Origin: a virus
DNA: 64,000 nucleotides
Direction: 5' to 3' (one strand)
IMG/VR virus record: IMGVR_UViG_3300044729_002678
Span: 1-64,000 of that record
Part shown: positions 1-9,987 of the stretch, piece after piece
Position numbering within the stretch: the stretch's first letter is position 1
Layout: every line of letters starts with the position of its first letter
Made by a program: the position numbers and the translations under genes
The notes under the pieces: generated by a model
What the model was told of the DNA's origin: nothing
The model's input: the letters and a program-made list of their open reading frames with translations, nothing else
Database searches by the model: none

Positions 1-761
1 TCTATTATGTCATATTCTAAACACCTATTAAAATTATCAATAATCGCATCTTCTTTTGATAAATAAAGTTCTGGTGTTAAATTATTTGGATCGAAGTTTT
101 CTTCTAGAAAAATAATACCATCTGTATTAAAATATTTTCCTATATTCGTATCTCCATAATATATTGGAATTGTTCCACAAGCAAAACAATCTAATATTTT
201 TTCACTCCAATACCCATCATATGAAGCATTTTCCATTGTTACAGAAAACATATAGTCTTGTAATGCATCTTCTTTATTTAAGAAATCTCTTATACCTCTT
301 CCATAAAGATCCAATTTATCTTTCAATTTTTTAGCCCATTCTAATCTATATAAATGTCCTTGACATTGAGTCTTATTTGATACTATCATAGAACACAGTT
401 TATCCTTTGGATAACAAGCGGGATTTTGTATCCAATATCCTGATGGGGGTAAGTAATAAAAGTTATCTTCTAAAGATACTATTGATCTATCATGACTTAT
501 TAAAAACTCAAAACATTTAGATATTTCTTTATGATACTTTTTTACATCATTAATTAACTCGGGTATTATACCAGATGATTCAACTATCCAGGCTATTTTT
601 TTCGATTCTTTATTTGATAAACCATCAATTATCGCTTCATCTACATAACATGTAATTTCTTTAGTTTGATTCTTTGCCCACGTAAAATAACTTGGTTTTT
701 TCCAAAACGTTGATGAATATGCGTGTTGAAATCCTCCCCCTATTAATCCTATTTCTAACAT
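1..761 (-). CDS. GT10-family (alpha-1,3-fucosyltransferase-like) glycosyltransferase, 3' end runs off the window
   Basis: Not in the ORF track; translated by hand from ATG at 761 (MLEIGLIGGGFQHAY...). Contains the GT10 motif YMFSVTMENASYDGYWSEKILDCFACGTIPIYYG. Confidence 0.8.
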   Translation of the reverse strand, partial: MLEIGLIGGGFQHAYSSTFWKKPSYFTWAKNQTKEITCYVDEAIIDGLSNKESKKIAWIVESSGIIPELINDVKKYHKEISKCFEFLISHDRSIVSLEDNFYYLPPSGYWIQNPACYPKDKLCSMIVSNKTQCQGHLYRLEWAKKLKDKLDLYGRGIRDFLNKEDALQDYMFSVTMENASYDGYWSEKILDCFACGTIPIYYGDTNIGKYFNTDGIIFLEENFDPNNLTPELYLSKEDAIIDNFNRCLEYDII

Positions 762-762
762 A

Positions 763-1272
763 TTAATCAAGTTTGCAAACCAATATATCATCTACGATGT
801 GTCCATCCATAGTATAAAATGAATAATTCTGATTAATGGTTTTTATATAGTTAATGACGCTTTTATAATTAAGTGTTTCACTATAATTTTTCCAACATCT
901 GATATCATCTATTAATAATATGTGAGTATTTAATTGATGCGATTTTATATGTTCTAACTCCTCTAATATAGGAAACTCACTTATTCCAAATCCCGTACCT
1001 TCTCCTGAAAAATGTCCATCTAACCAAAAAGTTATTGGTTGATTTATATTTTTTATCACATCTCCTAATACTAAAGCAGAATCTCCTTTTATAATTTCAA
1101 CAGAATTATTGTCATAAAATCTTTGTTTACAAATATTGTAAAATTTATCGTATAACTCTATACTATAAACCTTATCATATCCTGCATTTAACGCCAATTG
1201 AATCCCATCTCCAACTAATGCGCCTGTTTCTACAAATATATTTGAATATTTAACTATTGTTTTTATTGGCAT
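763..1272 (-). CDS. Putative class I SAM-dependent methyltransferase
   Basis: FVETGALVGDG, YSIEL, KGDS, FWLDGH and LIDD motifs typical of small methyltransferase-like proteins in glycan clusters. Confidence 0.6.
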   Translation of the reverse strand: MPIKTIVKYSNIFVETGALVGDGIQLALNAGYDKVYSIELYDKFYNICKQRFYDNNSVEIIKGDSALVLGDVIKNINQPITFWLDGHFSGEGTGFGISEFPILEELEHIKSHQLNTHILLIDDIRCWKNYSETLNYKSVINYIKTINQNYSFYTMDGHIVDDILVCKLD

Positions 1273-1287
1273 AATTATTTTTTTATA

Positions 1288-3453
1288 TTATATACATATC
1301 CAATTTTCTGGAATTAAATCTTTTATGTTATTTTCTTTTAGAGATTCTCCAAACCATTTTTTTGGAGCTATAACTTTTTTATTCGTATTGTTGTTTAACC
1401 AAGCTCCCCACCAACTAAAGCTACTATTTGCTATTATATTACTTTTACACATAGTCATTAAATATAAATCAATATAATCTTTTTCATTTTCAATTATAGT
1501 ATATTTATTTTCAGTAAATGTTTTTTTTGCATAATTGATATCATCGCTAAAAACTAAAAAAATTACATCGTTATCGAAATTATCAATTGCGTTTTGATAA
1601 TATTGTATATCACAAATAGGATGATGATCTTTACTTAACAAGTAATCTCCTCTTCTTATATGTAAACTTACAGTATTTTCTTTTAACAATTCTGCATATT
1701 TTGCATCTATATATTCTTTGTCTTTTTTGTTTATTTTAAATAATTCTAATATGCTATCTCTGTTATGAGAAAAATATTTTTCACTTTGAAAATGACCTTC
1801 TAAATATAAATTTTTTTCAAATTTGTATGATATTGGATAATATTCAAATCCCGGTTGTTTCCAAATATCAAAATTGGTTGGATTTTCTATAAAATCTATT
1901 TTAGAGTATATACCATTGACATATTGTAATGGATCGGATATTTTCCCATCTAAAGATTGATAAACTCCATTTTTAGTACTTACTTTTAAAGAACACCCAT
2001 TATCTATTGCAAAAGAATATGCGGCCGCTATTTGAAACATTTGATTGCCTAATCTTCCTAACATTCTTGGACTAACGTACTTTTGTTTATTGTCACTTAT
2101 AACTGAATATGGTTTTATTGATCGTATGTAATTCTCCGATTCTCTATTTTCATTATAATCCTTTGCCGTTCTTATCGAATTCTCTTCTGACTCATTATAA
2201 ACATAACACAAATAATCTACTATACCTATTTTCTCTCTCGGTGATTGTTCCATAGCAGAACACATTAACGCCACATCATCTCCAAATCTAATCCATTCAT
2301 CTTTATAAATGAAATCTTTTTCATTAATATTTTTAAATAAAAAACCTTTCATTGTTTTTAAATGACTTGCTGTAAATGGGTATTGTCTGTATGTATTATA
2401 TCTGTGTACAATATCAGGATGATCAAGTCCGTGAGCTGGGGATTGTTTTAAACTAGGATAGCACAACATTTTTGAATAAGTTACCCAAACTTTATTTTGT
2501 ATGTAATATTTAACAACATTTTCAAATACATTACTATAAGAAATCCAATCATCCCCATCAATAAAAATTACAATATCTTCATAATCTACAAAATTTTTTG
2601 CATGATTCATAAAAGAGTATGCTTTACTCATATTCTTCTGATTTTTAATTAATGTAAAATTTGTATTATCTCCTATGAGATATTTTGCTATATCGTATGT
2701 ATCGTCTGAAGAATGATCATCTATATATAGTACTTCATAATTCTTAAATTTCTGCTCTAATATGCTTTCTATATTTGTTTGAGTCCATTTTTCGTTATTG
2801 TATGTCGTAACTATCACTTTTATTTTTGGAGCTCTTATATATAAAGCATCACCCCAGTTTGCATGAGTCCAAATCGTTTCTAATCGTATAAAACCCCGAT
2901 TATATAGAAAATTATCAATATCATCAATGATGTCGCAATCTTCATATAATTCCTCTTTATTAACTTCTGTATATATGTAATCTATATTTTGTAAATAGTC
3001 ACCCAAACTCTTTATAGCTCTTAATTCTACGCCTTGCAAATCTAAATTAAGGAAATTGTATTTACTAATGCTTAACTTATTATTATCTATAATAGTGTCT
3101 ATTCTCTTTGTTATCACTTCAATTTTTTGCACAACATCTATCTGCGGATAAAAGTTTTTGTGATTTTTTAATTTTAATATAGATGAACTTTCGCCATTAT
3201 TAGTTATATTGAATTCCACTTTTTTTCCATCGGTATCACTAATGGCTTCATTGATGATAATATTATTTTTCTCGTCTACTAAGTACTTTTTACAAAATTC
3301 ACTTTTTTCTGGATTCGCCTCTATCCAAACAATATTATCAATACCTATTTTTTTATATAACGAAGATTCTTCTGCCTCATGTGCCCCACAATGTATGATT
3401 CCTTTAATATTTAAATCATACTTCTTTATTAACTCATTAAGATTTATTAGCAT
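1288..3453 (-). CDS. Fusion protein: FkbM methyltransferase + GT2 + GT11 (alpha-1,2-fucosyltransferase-like)
   Basis: N-terminus GIIHCGAH..EANP..LDLQGVEL..WGDALY (FkbM); middle IVTTYN..DDHSSD..IDGDDW (GT2); C-terminus GRLGNQMFQ, LHIRRGDY, IANSSFSWWGAWL (GT11). Confidence 0.85.
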   Translation of the reverse strand: MLINLNELIKKYDLNIKGIIHCGAHEAEESSLYKKIGIDNIVWIEANPEKSEFCKKYLVDEKNNIIINEAISDTDGKKVEFNITNNGESSSILKLKNHKNFYPQIDVVQKIEVITKRIDTIIDNNKLSISKYNFLNLDLQGVELRAIKSLGDYLQNIDYIYTEVNKEELYEDCDIIDDIDNFLYNRGFIRLETIWTHANWGDALYIRAPKIKVIVTTYNNEKWTQTNIESILEQKFKNYEVLYIDDHSSDDTYDIAKYLIGDNTNFTLIKNQKNMSKAYSFMNHAKNFVDYEDIVIFIDGDDWISYSNVFENVVKYYIQNKVWVTYSKMLCYPSLKQSPAHGLDHPDIVHRYNTYRQYPFTASHLKTMKGFLFKNINEKDFIYKDEWIRFGDDVALMCSAMEQSPREKIGIVDYLCYVYNESEENSIRTAKDYNENRESENYIRSIKPYSVISDNKQKYVSPRMLGRLGNQMFQIAAAYSFAIDNGCSLKVSTKNGVYQSLDGKISDPLQYVNGIYSKIDFIENPTNFDIWKQPGFEYYPISYKFEKNLYLEGHFQSEKYFSHNRDSILELFKINKKDKEYIDAKYAELLKENTVSLHIRRGDYLLSKDHHPICDIQYYQNAIDNFDNDVIFLVFSDDINYAKKTFTENKYTIIENEKDYIDLYLMTMCKSNIIANSSFSWWGAWLNNNTNKKVIAPKKWFGESLKENNIKDLIPENWICI

Positions 3454-3459
3454 TTATTT

Positions 3460-4305
3460 TTATTTTTTATAATGATTAATTAATTTTTTAACAATTTTAT
3501 CAATATCGTATTTACAACTGTATCCATAATTTTTTAATTTAGTTGTATCCAAATATGAATTTTTAACTTGTACTATATTATGAAAGTGAGTAGGTTTTAT
3601 TTCTACGATATTGGATTTTGAATTAGATATATCTATAGCCTTTTTTATTATATTTAGAAACAAATATGGTTTACCGCTACCTACATTAATAATTTCATTA
3701 ACTGGTGCTTTATTTATACAATGGTGAATAGCTTCACATACATCATCTACATAAATATAATCTCTCAATACATTACCACCATAATAAAGTTCCACATCAT
3801 TATTTTCTACTATTTCTTTTATTAAAAACTGTAAAGCATTTTTCTTTTTTGAAATTTTATTATCGCCTTCTCCCAATACATTTGCCAATCTAAATATTCT
3901 ATACTTTATATCGAATGTGTTGCAAAAACTTATTATTAATTGTTCAGCGCATCTTTTTGTTATAGAATAAAAACCGGTTGGGTTACATGCTAAATCATCT
4001 TCTTTAAACGGAATTTTTGTATTTTGCCCATACACGAACCATGAACTAACAAAATTAAAAATAGTGTCTGAATTATTTTTTGTATGATCTAATACATTCA
4101 TTAGTACTTTTAAATTTGTATCTATATCTATGTGCAAATTATTGTGAATATTATAATTATCTATTGTACTTATTAAGTATAATATATTATTAGACTTTGG
4201 TTGATAATCATATTTTTCGTTTTTTAATATCGAATCTTTATACATTTCGCAAAATCTTTGGCCTATAAAGCCATTTCCTCCAAAAACATTTATTTTATTT
4301 ATCAT
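3460..4305 (-). CDS. NAD-dependent nucleotide-sugar epimerase/dehydratase (extended SDR)
   Basis: GGNGFIG nucleotide-binding motif, SSWFVYG, YxxxK (YSITK), RDYIYVDD, NVGSG. Confidence 0.85.
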   Translation of the reverse strand: MINKINVFGGNGFIGQRFCEMYKDSILKNEKYDYQPKSNNILYLISTIDNYNIHNNLHIDIDTNLKVLMNVLDHTKNNSDTIFNFVSSWFVYGQNTKIPFKEDDLACNPTGFYSITKRCAEQLIISFCNTFDIKYRIFRLANVLGEGDNKISKKKNALQFLIKEIVENNDVELYYGGNVLRDYIYVDDVCEAIHHCINKAPVNEIINVGSGKPYLFLNIIKKAIDISNSKSNIVEIKPTHFHNIVQVKNSYLDTTKLKNYGYSCKYDIDKIVKKLINHYKK

Positions 4306-4309
4306 TGTT

Positions 4310-4963
4310 TTATATTTTATAATTTTCTAAAATAGAAATTTTATCAATAGCTTGCTGAGTTAATTTTCCATGAAAACCAAAAGTTTTATTGAGATCATAT
4401 TCACAATCAGATATTTGATGTTCGAGAGAGAATTTACACGCTACTTCTACGGGTGCATATTTTATACCTTTTGAAGTAAATAAATCATAATAATAATTAG
4501 TTACTAAAACATCATTATGTATTCCTTCAATATATGGGTTTTGTTTTTCTAAATTTAAGAATTTTTTACTTTTTAAAACGAATCCCCCATTACCAACTCT
4601 ATTTTTTATACACCAATCTAAGTTGTTAGGCCATGGTGCGCCTATATAATCATAATTAAAAAATTGATTATTCCACAAAAATGGATTAATTATGAAACCA
4701 TCATCTTGTATAGACAACATATAATCTGTTTGTATAATATCTGGCAATTCTTCCATTGCGAATCTATTTATAGTCCCATGCGTATGTTTTATTGTATTCT
4801 CATATCTAATATGATTAGGTAATTGTTCTGGTTTATAATGTGATATTAATAATATCTCTCCAAAATTTATATACCTAGAACTATACTGCAATGCTTTAAT
4901 AGATTTTTCTGGACTTACGCAGTCTATTGCTAATAGTGTGATATTTTTTAAATCTATTTTCAA
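4310..4963 (-). CDS. DUF5672-like protein (putative glycosyltransferase)
   Basis: QDDGFIINP..W..YDYIGAPW..VGNGGF..FGFHG signature. Confidence 0.7.
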   Translation of the reverse strand: MKIDLKNITLLAIDCVSPEKSIKALQYSSRYINFGEILLISHYKPEQLPNHIRYENTIKHTHGTINRFAMEELPDIIQTDYMLSIQDDGFIINPFLWNNQFFNYDYIGAPWPNNLDWCIKNRVGNGGFVLKSKKFLNLEKQNPYIEGIHNDVLVTNYYYDLFTSKGIKYAPVEVACKFSLEHQISDCEYDLNKTFGFHGKLTQQAIDKISILENYKI

Positions 4964-5727
4964 CTTACATAAATTAATTTTGCCGTATCGTAATTAGATC
5001 TCTTTCTTATTAATTCTAATACACTTTCATCATTTTTTTGACTATCTGTTGGTGCAAATAACGCCCTACTTCTTTTATCAATGTCTTTCGGAGTATCACA
5101 AAGATAATAAATAGCTAAACTTTTTCTATACTTATTATCAGAACAATTTACCTCTCTACTCATTCCGTGCCAAGAATTTTGAGTTGTATCAAATAATATT
5201 GCTTTATTAAAGCCTACTTCTATTTCTTTTTCTAATTTAGAAGCATCCTTATTCCAAAGACCAAAATGACCACCATATTCATCTTTCCAATCCTCACACA
5301 AGTATATTATTAAATTTAATTTTCTTTGTAGCTTTAAATGAGGGTGTATAGAATAATCTAAATGGGGATTTAATTTTCCCCCATTAGAATGTATGTGCCA
5401 ACCTCCGCCGTGCAAGCCGTAATCTGGATATAAACGAATGTTAAATATGTTAGATAATAATTCTAAGATTATGGGAGAATTTAAAAAAGTAAAAATTTCA
5501 TAGGTATTCGTTGGAAATTTTCTCCAATCACTTAACAATTTTTTATCTTCTATTTTATTCTTATAATTAAACCAAACGTCATCATTAAAATCTGGAAATT
5601 CTTTTGATAATTCATTAGCGAAATTTTCATCTAAAAAATTATCTATTACAGCATGATTATATGGACTAGATTGTATATTACAATTTAATATTGAAGATAT
5701 AATTTGTTTTTTGGTTTGCGAATTCAT
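4960..5727 (-). CDS. 2OG-Fe(II) oxygenase
   Basis: PY.HAVIDNF, HxD (HLD), RKLNLIIYL, SWHG and RKSLA motifs. Confidence 0.85.
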   Translation of the reverse strand: MNSQTKKQIISSILNCNIQSSPYNHAVIDNFLDENFANELSKEFPDFNDDVWFNYKNKIEDKKLLSDWRKFPTNTYEIFTFLNSPIILELLSNIFNIRLYPDYGLHGGGWHIHSNGGKLNPHLDYSIHPHLKLQRKLNLIIYLCEDWKDEYGGHFGLWNKDASKLEKEIEVGFNKAILFDTTQNSWHGMSREVNCSDNKYRKSLAIYYLCDTPKDIDKRSRALFAPTDSQKNDESVLELIRKRSNYDTAKLIYVS

Positions 5728-5739
5728 AATTATCTATTT

Positions 5740-6732
5740 TTATTTATTAAAATACGGTTTACACAAATTATTAATATATTCTTGCTCAATATCTTTTTGA
5801 CCTTCTGTACAACCGTAAGCCATATGTATTCCGCAAGAATTTCTAACATACACAGGATGCATGTTTTTTATTTTTGAATACACATTCATTTGACCTTCAT
5901 CCCAACCGTCTTTAAAAGTAGATTGACTTTCTTTCCAAAATTCAGTTTTAATAAATGTTAAATTGTTGCAAAAATAAACTGTATTGTAATGCATAAGACT
6001 ATACTGTCTTTTATTGAAAATTAAATCTTGATTTTGAATAAAAGTTTTCGCTATTTCCATATTATATCTATGAGAAAATCTTGCTGGGTGGAAACCTTTT
6101 GCGAGTTGCATATACGCCGGAAGATTTATATTCTCTATAGGATTAAATCCATCCATAAATTTCCAATAATCCTCATAATCCCATTTTGTTTGATTTTCTA
6201 TATATTGTTGAACTTTGTTATAATTACAACCCCAAATTCCTAAATTATTTTTTACTCCCTCAGTTAAAAATATTTTTCTAAAATAATTTTTTTGCTCTTC
6301 GTTAAGGAAATCATCTATGAAAAAATCAACAGTCGGTATTCCATTTTGAATTATGGGTATTAGTACTGATACATCACTTTGATCTAAGATATTTACATTT
6401 TCTATTATGTAATCCCAAACATGAGAATTTATAAATGTATCATCATCCCATTTACATGAATATTCAAATTCCGATTTATGAGCTAATTCAACTTTATGTA
6501 TATATTCATCATCATTCATACATTGAATTACAATATCTATGTTTTCATATTTATCATTAGTTAATTCTTCAACCCATTTTTGTTCTTCTAACGCGTTTAT
6601 ATAGACATGTAAATTTACTTTTTCTAAATTATTTTTTTTAATTTTAGAAAATTGATCTAAACACATTTTAGTAAACCAAAATCTATCTTTGTAATGATTC
6701 CCATACGCCGTAAATAAATTTATTTGTATCAT
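5740..6732 (-). CDS. Putative GT-A fold glycosyltransferase
   Basis: DxD-type KWDDDTF motif, WDEGQMN, late H motif; lies in the glycan cluster. Confidence 0.5.
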   Translation of the reverse strand: MIQINLFTAYGNHYKDRFWFTKMCLDQFSKIKKNNLEKVNLHVYINALEEQKWVEELTNDKYENIDIVIQCMNDDEYIHKVELAHKSEFEYSCKWDDDTFINSHVWDYIIENVNILDQSDVSVLIPIIQNGIPTVDFFIDDFLNEEQKNYFRKIFLTEGVKNNLGIWGCNYNKVQQYIENQTKWDYEDYWKFMDGFNPIENINLPAYMQLAKGFHPARFSHRYNMEIAKTFIQNQDLIFNKRQYSLMHYNTVYFCNNLTFIKTEFWKESQSTFKDGWDEGQMNVYSKIKNMHPVYVRNSCGIHMAYGCTEGQKDIEQEYINNLCKPYFNK

Positions 6733-6754
6733 TTTGTTTCTATTATTTTTAATT

Positions 6755-7732
6755 TTAAATTAATACTTTATTCATATATTTTAACCATATTTGTTTATGG
6801 TAAAAAGATTTATAACTCTCTTTAGCGGTTCTACTACAACAATTATAAAAATCTTTATCTTCTTTTAATTTCTTTGCTAATTTTTTTGCACTTTCTACAT
6901 CATGTACATCAACTGATAATTCGGTATGGCAAATTCTTTGAGTGTCCACATTTTTATTTCCTATACATGGTATCCCAAAGTAAGCACAATTCAAACTAAA
7001 TGTTCCTGCTGCAACTGTAGGCATTAAATGTACAGCATATTTAAATGAACTTAATTGTTTCATCCAATCTGTCCAAAGTACTCTTGGTAAATGATTAAAT
7101 AGTTGTTCTTCTCCCTCACGCATAGCATGGGATGTTTGTCCCCAAATTGGTAAATCAAACTCTCTAGCAACCATATAACTTTCAAACCCACCATACCATC
7201 TTGCAAAATTACCACCTATAATCACCTTATCTTCGGTTATTGGTTTAATATCTTTAATGGTTTCCTCAATCATTAAGGTAGGAATTACATCTATACTTTT
7301 GTTTGGAAATAATCCCCTATAGTATTTAGTATCTTCAACATTATGTGCAAATATACCATCAAATTCTGATAGCATATTATAAAAATTAATTTGGTCGCCC
7401 AATTCATAATCATTAAACCACCAATGCGGTCCTTCTTGAATATAATAAACTTTTTTGTTTTTTTGTTTTAATTCCCCAATAAAATTAGATTCTAACAATT
7501 TAGAAATGGGGTTTTCTCCATTTACTATTTTACTACCAGCTGCGTTTAAAAATACCATTCCTTTTGGGAATATAACAAAAACAACATCATAATCAATCAC
7601 ATCATATATATTGTGTATATTATAATGGTCTGCACCCAACGCACACATCCATGCGAATTCAGTTCGCATATTAGGATGATTGGATGGAACTTTACCAATG
7701 AATCCCATTTCGGTTAGGAAAGCTATTTTCAT
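6755..7732 (-). CDS. Putative GT-B glycosyltransferase
   Basis: C-terminal AAGTFSLNCAYFGIPCIG resembles the GT4 nucleotide-sugar binding segment; cluster context. Confidence 0.6.
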   Translation of the reverse strand: MKIAFLTEMGFIGKVPSNHPNMRTEFAWMCALGADHYNIHNIYDVIDYDVVFVIFPKGMVFLNAAGSKIVNGENPISKLLESNFIGELKQKNKKVYYIQEGPHWWFNDYELGDQINFYNMLSEFDGIFAHNVEDTKYYRGLFPNKSIDVIPTLMIEETIKDIKPITEDKVIIGGNFARWYGGFESYMVAREFDLPIWGQTSHAMREGEEQLFNHLPRVLWTDWMKQLSSFKYAVHLMPTVAAGTFSLNCAYFGIPCIGNKNVDTQRICHTELSVDVHDVESAKKLAKKLKEDKDFYNCCSRTAKESYKSFYHKQIWLKYMNKVLI

Positions 7733-8874
7733 TTACTAAAAAATTCTTTAATTTTATCACAAACATAATCCACATCTTCAATTGTCATTCCGTGGTGTGC
7801 CCCTAATAGGAAACCATTCTTCATAATAGTATCGGAATTTTGAAATGGTTGTAAGTATTCTCTATAAATTGGATGCCTGGTTACATTTCCTGCAAAGGTT
7901 ACTCGGGTTTGAATATTATTTTCCTCTAAAAAATGCAATAATTCATATCTTTTTTCAGTTTGAAGTGGAATTGCTAACCAATTAGGTTTAATGCTATCAT
8001 CAGGTAATAATATTTCTTCTACATCTTTTAAATTTTCTAAATACCTTTCAATATTATTCCTTCTAATCTTTTCAAACTCACCAAATCTCTCCAATTGAAC
8101 TAAACCAAACGCGGCATTCATTTCTGATGACTTCATATTGTATCCTAAAACACCATATAAAAACTTATAATCATATGGTATCCCATCTACGCTATGATTG
8201 AATCTATCCGACATTGCTTCTGAATTATCTCCTATTCTTCCCCAATCTCTAAATTGTAAACAGGTATTACGATATTGTTCATTATTAAACATTACCATTC
8301 CACCCGAACCACCTGCGGTAATTACATGTGATGCATAGAAGCTTGTAGTGGCAATATCGGTTTCAGTAGTGTAGGTAACAGTATCGGCTGAATCTTCAAT
8401 CAGTATAATATCTTCTCTACCCATTTTAATTAGACCCTCTTTGATTTTTTTCCAATCAGGCTTATTTCCAATTAAATTAGGTAGCATAAGAACCTTAACA
8501 TCATCGGTAACAACGCTTAATACCTCATCTACATTAGCAACATATGTGTTTAAATCAACATCTACAAATATAGGAACTAATCCTAATTGAATAATAGGGG
8601 CTAATGTAGTAGAAAATGTACAAGCAGGCGTAATTACTTTAGTTCCTTTTGGTAATAGTAAACTTGCTAACGCAAGTAAACACGCCGAAGAGCCTGAATT
8701 TACAAATACTCCGTATTTTTTACCGAAGTATTTTGCAATTTTTTCTTCAAATTCAATTGACTTAGGACCAAAGCCGGCCAACCAACCTGATCGTAAGCAA
8801 TCAACAACTGCTTGAATTTCTTGTTCCCCATAAGATTCAAATTTATTAGGGGCGTACCATACTTTTTTCTTCAT
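7729..8874 (-). CDS. DegT/DnrJ/EryC1/StrS-family PLP/PMP enzyme, ColD/RfbH-like NDP-4-keto-6-deoxyhexose 3-dehydratase
   Basis: FVNSGSSA, EDSAD, SFYASHVITAGG (His at the usual Schiff-base Lys position), FRDWGR, GYNMK. Confidence 0.8.
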   Translation of the reverse strand: MKKKVWYAPNKFESYGEQEIQAVVDCLRSGWLAGFGPKSIEFEEKIAKYFGKKYGVFVNSGSSACLLALASLLLPKGTKVITPACTFSTTLAPIIQLGLVPIFVDVDLNTYVANVDEVLSVVTDDVKVLMLPNLIGNKPDWKKIKEGLIKMGREDIILIEDSADTVTYTTETDIATTSFYASHVITAGGSGGMVMFNNEQYRNTCLQFRDWGRIGDNSEAMSDRFNHSVDGIPYDYKFLYGVLGYNMKSSEMNAAFGLVQLERFGEFEKIRRNNIERYLENLKDVEEILLPDDSIKPNWLAIPLQTEKRYELLHFLEENNIQTRVTFAGNVTRHPIYREYLQPFQNSDTIMKNGFLLGAHHGMTIEDVDYVCDKIKEFFSK

Positions 8875-9503
8875 AGTGTATTATAATAATTATTTTGTCT
8901 TTCTTGTCTTTCAATTGTTTTGGGGTGAATTAAATAACACCCTTCAAATTGACCCTCCAAAGGTATTGCTGCATATGTAGTAAAACCATCCAATTTTTCA
9001 TGAACCTTATTTATCCATTTAATAGTTGGTATGTTTTTATATATTCTCCATTGGTAATCCGGCCAGTTTACCCATCCTTTAGTATTTAAATTCCACCCCC
9101 ACCGTTGAATATGCTCTTCTGTCAGACCTTCAACCGTGTTTACTCTTGGAACTAAATAAACTTCATTATTTGGATTACTTTCTAACAATTCAGGTAGAAT
9201 TCCAATTAAGGTTTCTGATGGTAATTCATCTGCATCAATTTGGAAAATATAATCGCCGGTACATAAAGCGGTAAAATAGTTTTTATGGTCAGCAAAATCA
9301 TCGTTAAAATCTCGCTCATACCACCCATACCAACCCAATAGTGAGTAACTACTAAGTATTTCTCTGACTTTGGATGTACCATTTTTACTATCAAAAAGAA
9401 TTACGATTTCATCTTCTTTTCTCTTTTTTTCAAGTAAAAAACCAAGTAGTTTTTGAATTTCTACTTCTTCATCTTTGACTGTTATTGCGTAACTTATCTT
9501 CAT
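8871..9503 (-). CDS. GT2-family glycosyltransferase
   Basis: ISYAITVKDE, DFADHKN, FQIDADE, WPDYQWR, VHE. Confidence 0.8.
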   Translation of the reverse strand: MKISYAITVKDEEVEIQKLLGFLLEKKRKEDEIVILFDSKNGTSKVREILSSYSLLGWYGWYERDFNDDFADHKNYFTALCTGDYIFQIDADELPSETLIGILPELLESNPNNEVYLVPRVNTVEGLTEEHIQRWGWNLNTKGWVNWPDYQWRIYKNIPTIKWINKVHEKLDGFTTYAAIPLEGQFEGCYLIHPKTIERQERQNNYYNTL

Positions 9504-9987
9504 TTATTTTTAATTCTTGCGTTTTTTGGGTTGCGTCTCTTACATCCTTTGGTTCTACCATATCAACGGGTTTATACTTATAATTGAAAACCGTTACCGA
9601 GCGGATGTTTTTCCATAGAAATGTCCTATATCCTTCTTGTAATAATTTGTTTTTAATTTTTGCGGTATAAACTCCTCGTGAATTTTCGTTAAATTGTAAC
9701 TTCGCTAATTCTAATCTTTTAATCTTTTTGTTTTCTGATATTACCTCCGGAAAATCTTTTGATAATCTTTCAAATATTTGTGGTCTTATATGATTTAAAT
9801 CCAAACAATGAAAATACAACTTAAAATTTGGTTCTAAAACTAATACCCAATAATAATTCAACTCACCATTAACCTTTTCATATTGAACCTTCGCAACCAT
9901 TCCCCTCTGCAAATATGATTTTGCAAGAGGAGTAGCATCGCTCAATCTTTGAAGATGTTGGTTTATGAATATTTTATCCGTTGGCAT
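9469..9987 (-). CDS. Hypothetical protein (weak resemblance to T4 gp2-like DNA end protector)
   Basis: Overlap-coupled ORF; VLVLEP..FHCLDLNHIRP..YRTF only loosely matches that family. Confidence 0.35.
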   Translation of the reverse strand: MPTDKIFINQHLQRLSDATPLAKSYLQRGMVAKVQYEKVNGELNYYWVLVLEPNFKLYFHCLDLNHIRPQIFERLSKDFPEVISENKKIKRLELAKLQFNENSRGVYTAKIKNKLLQEGYRTFLWKNIRSVTVFNYKYKPVDMVEPKDVRDATQKTQELKINEDKLRNNSQR

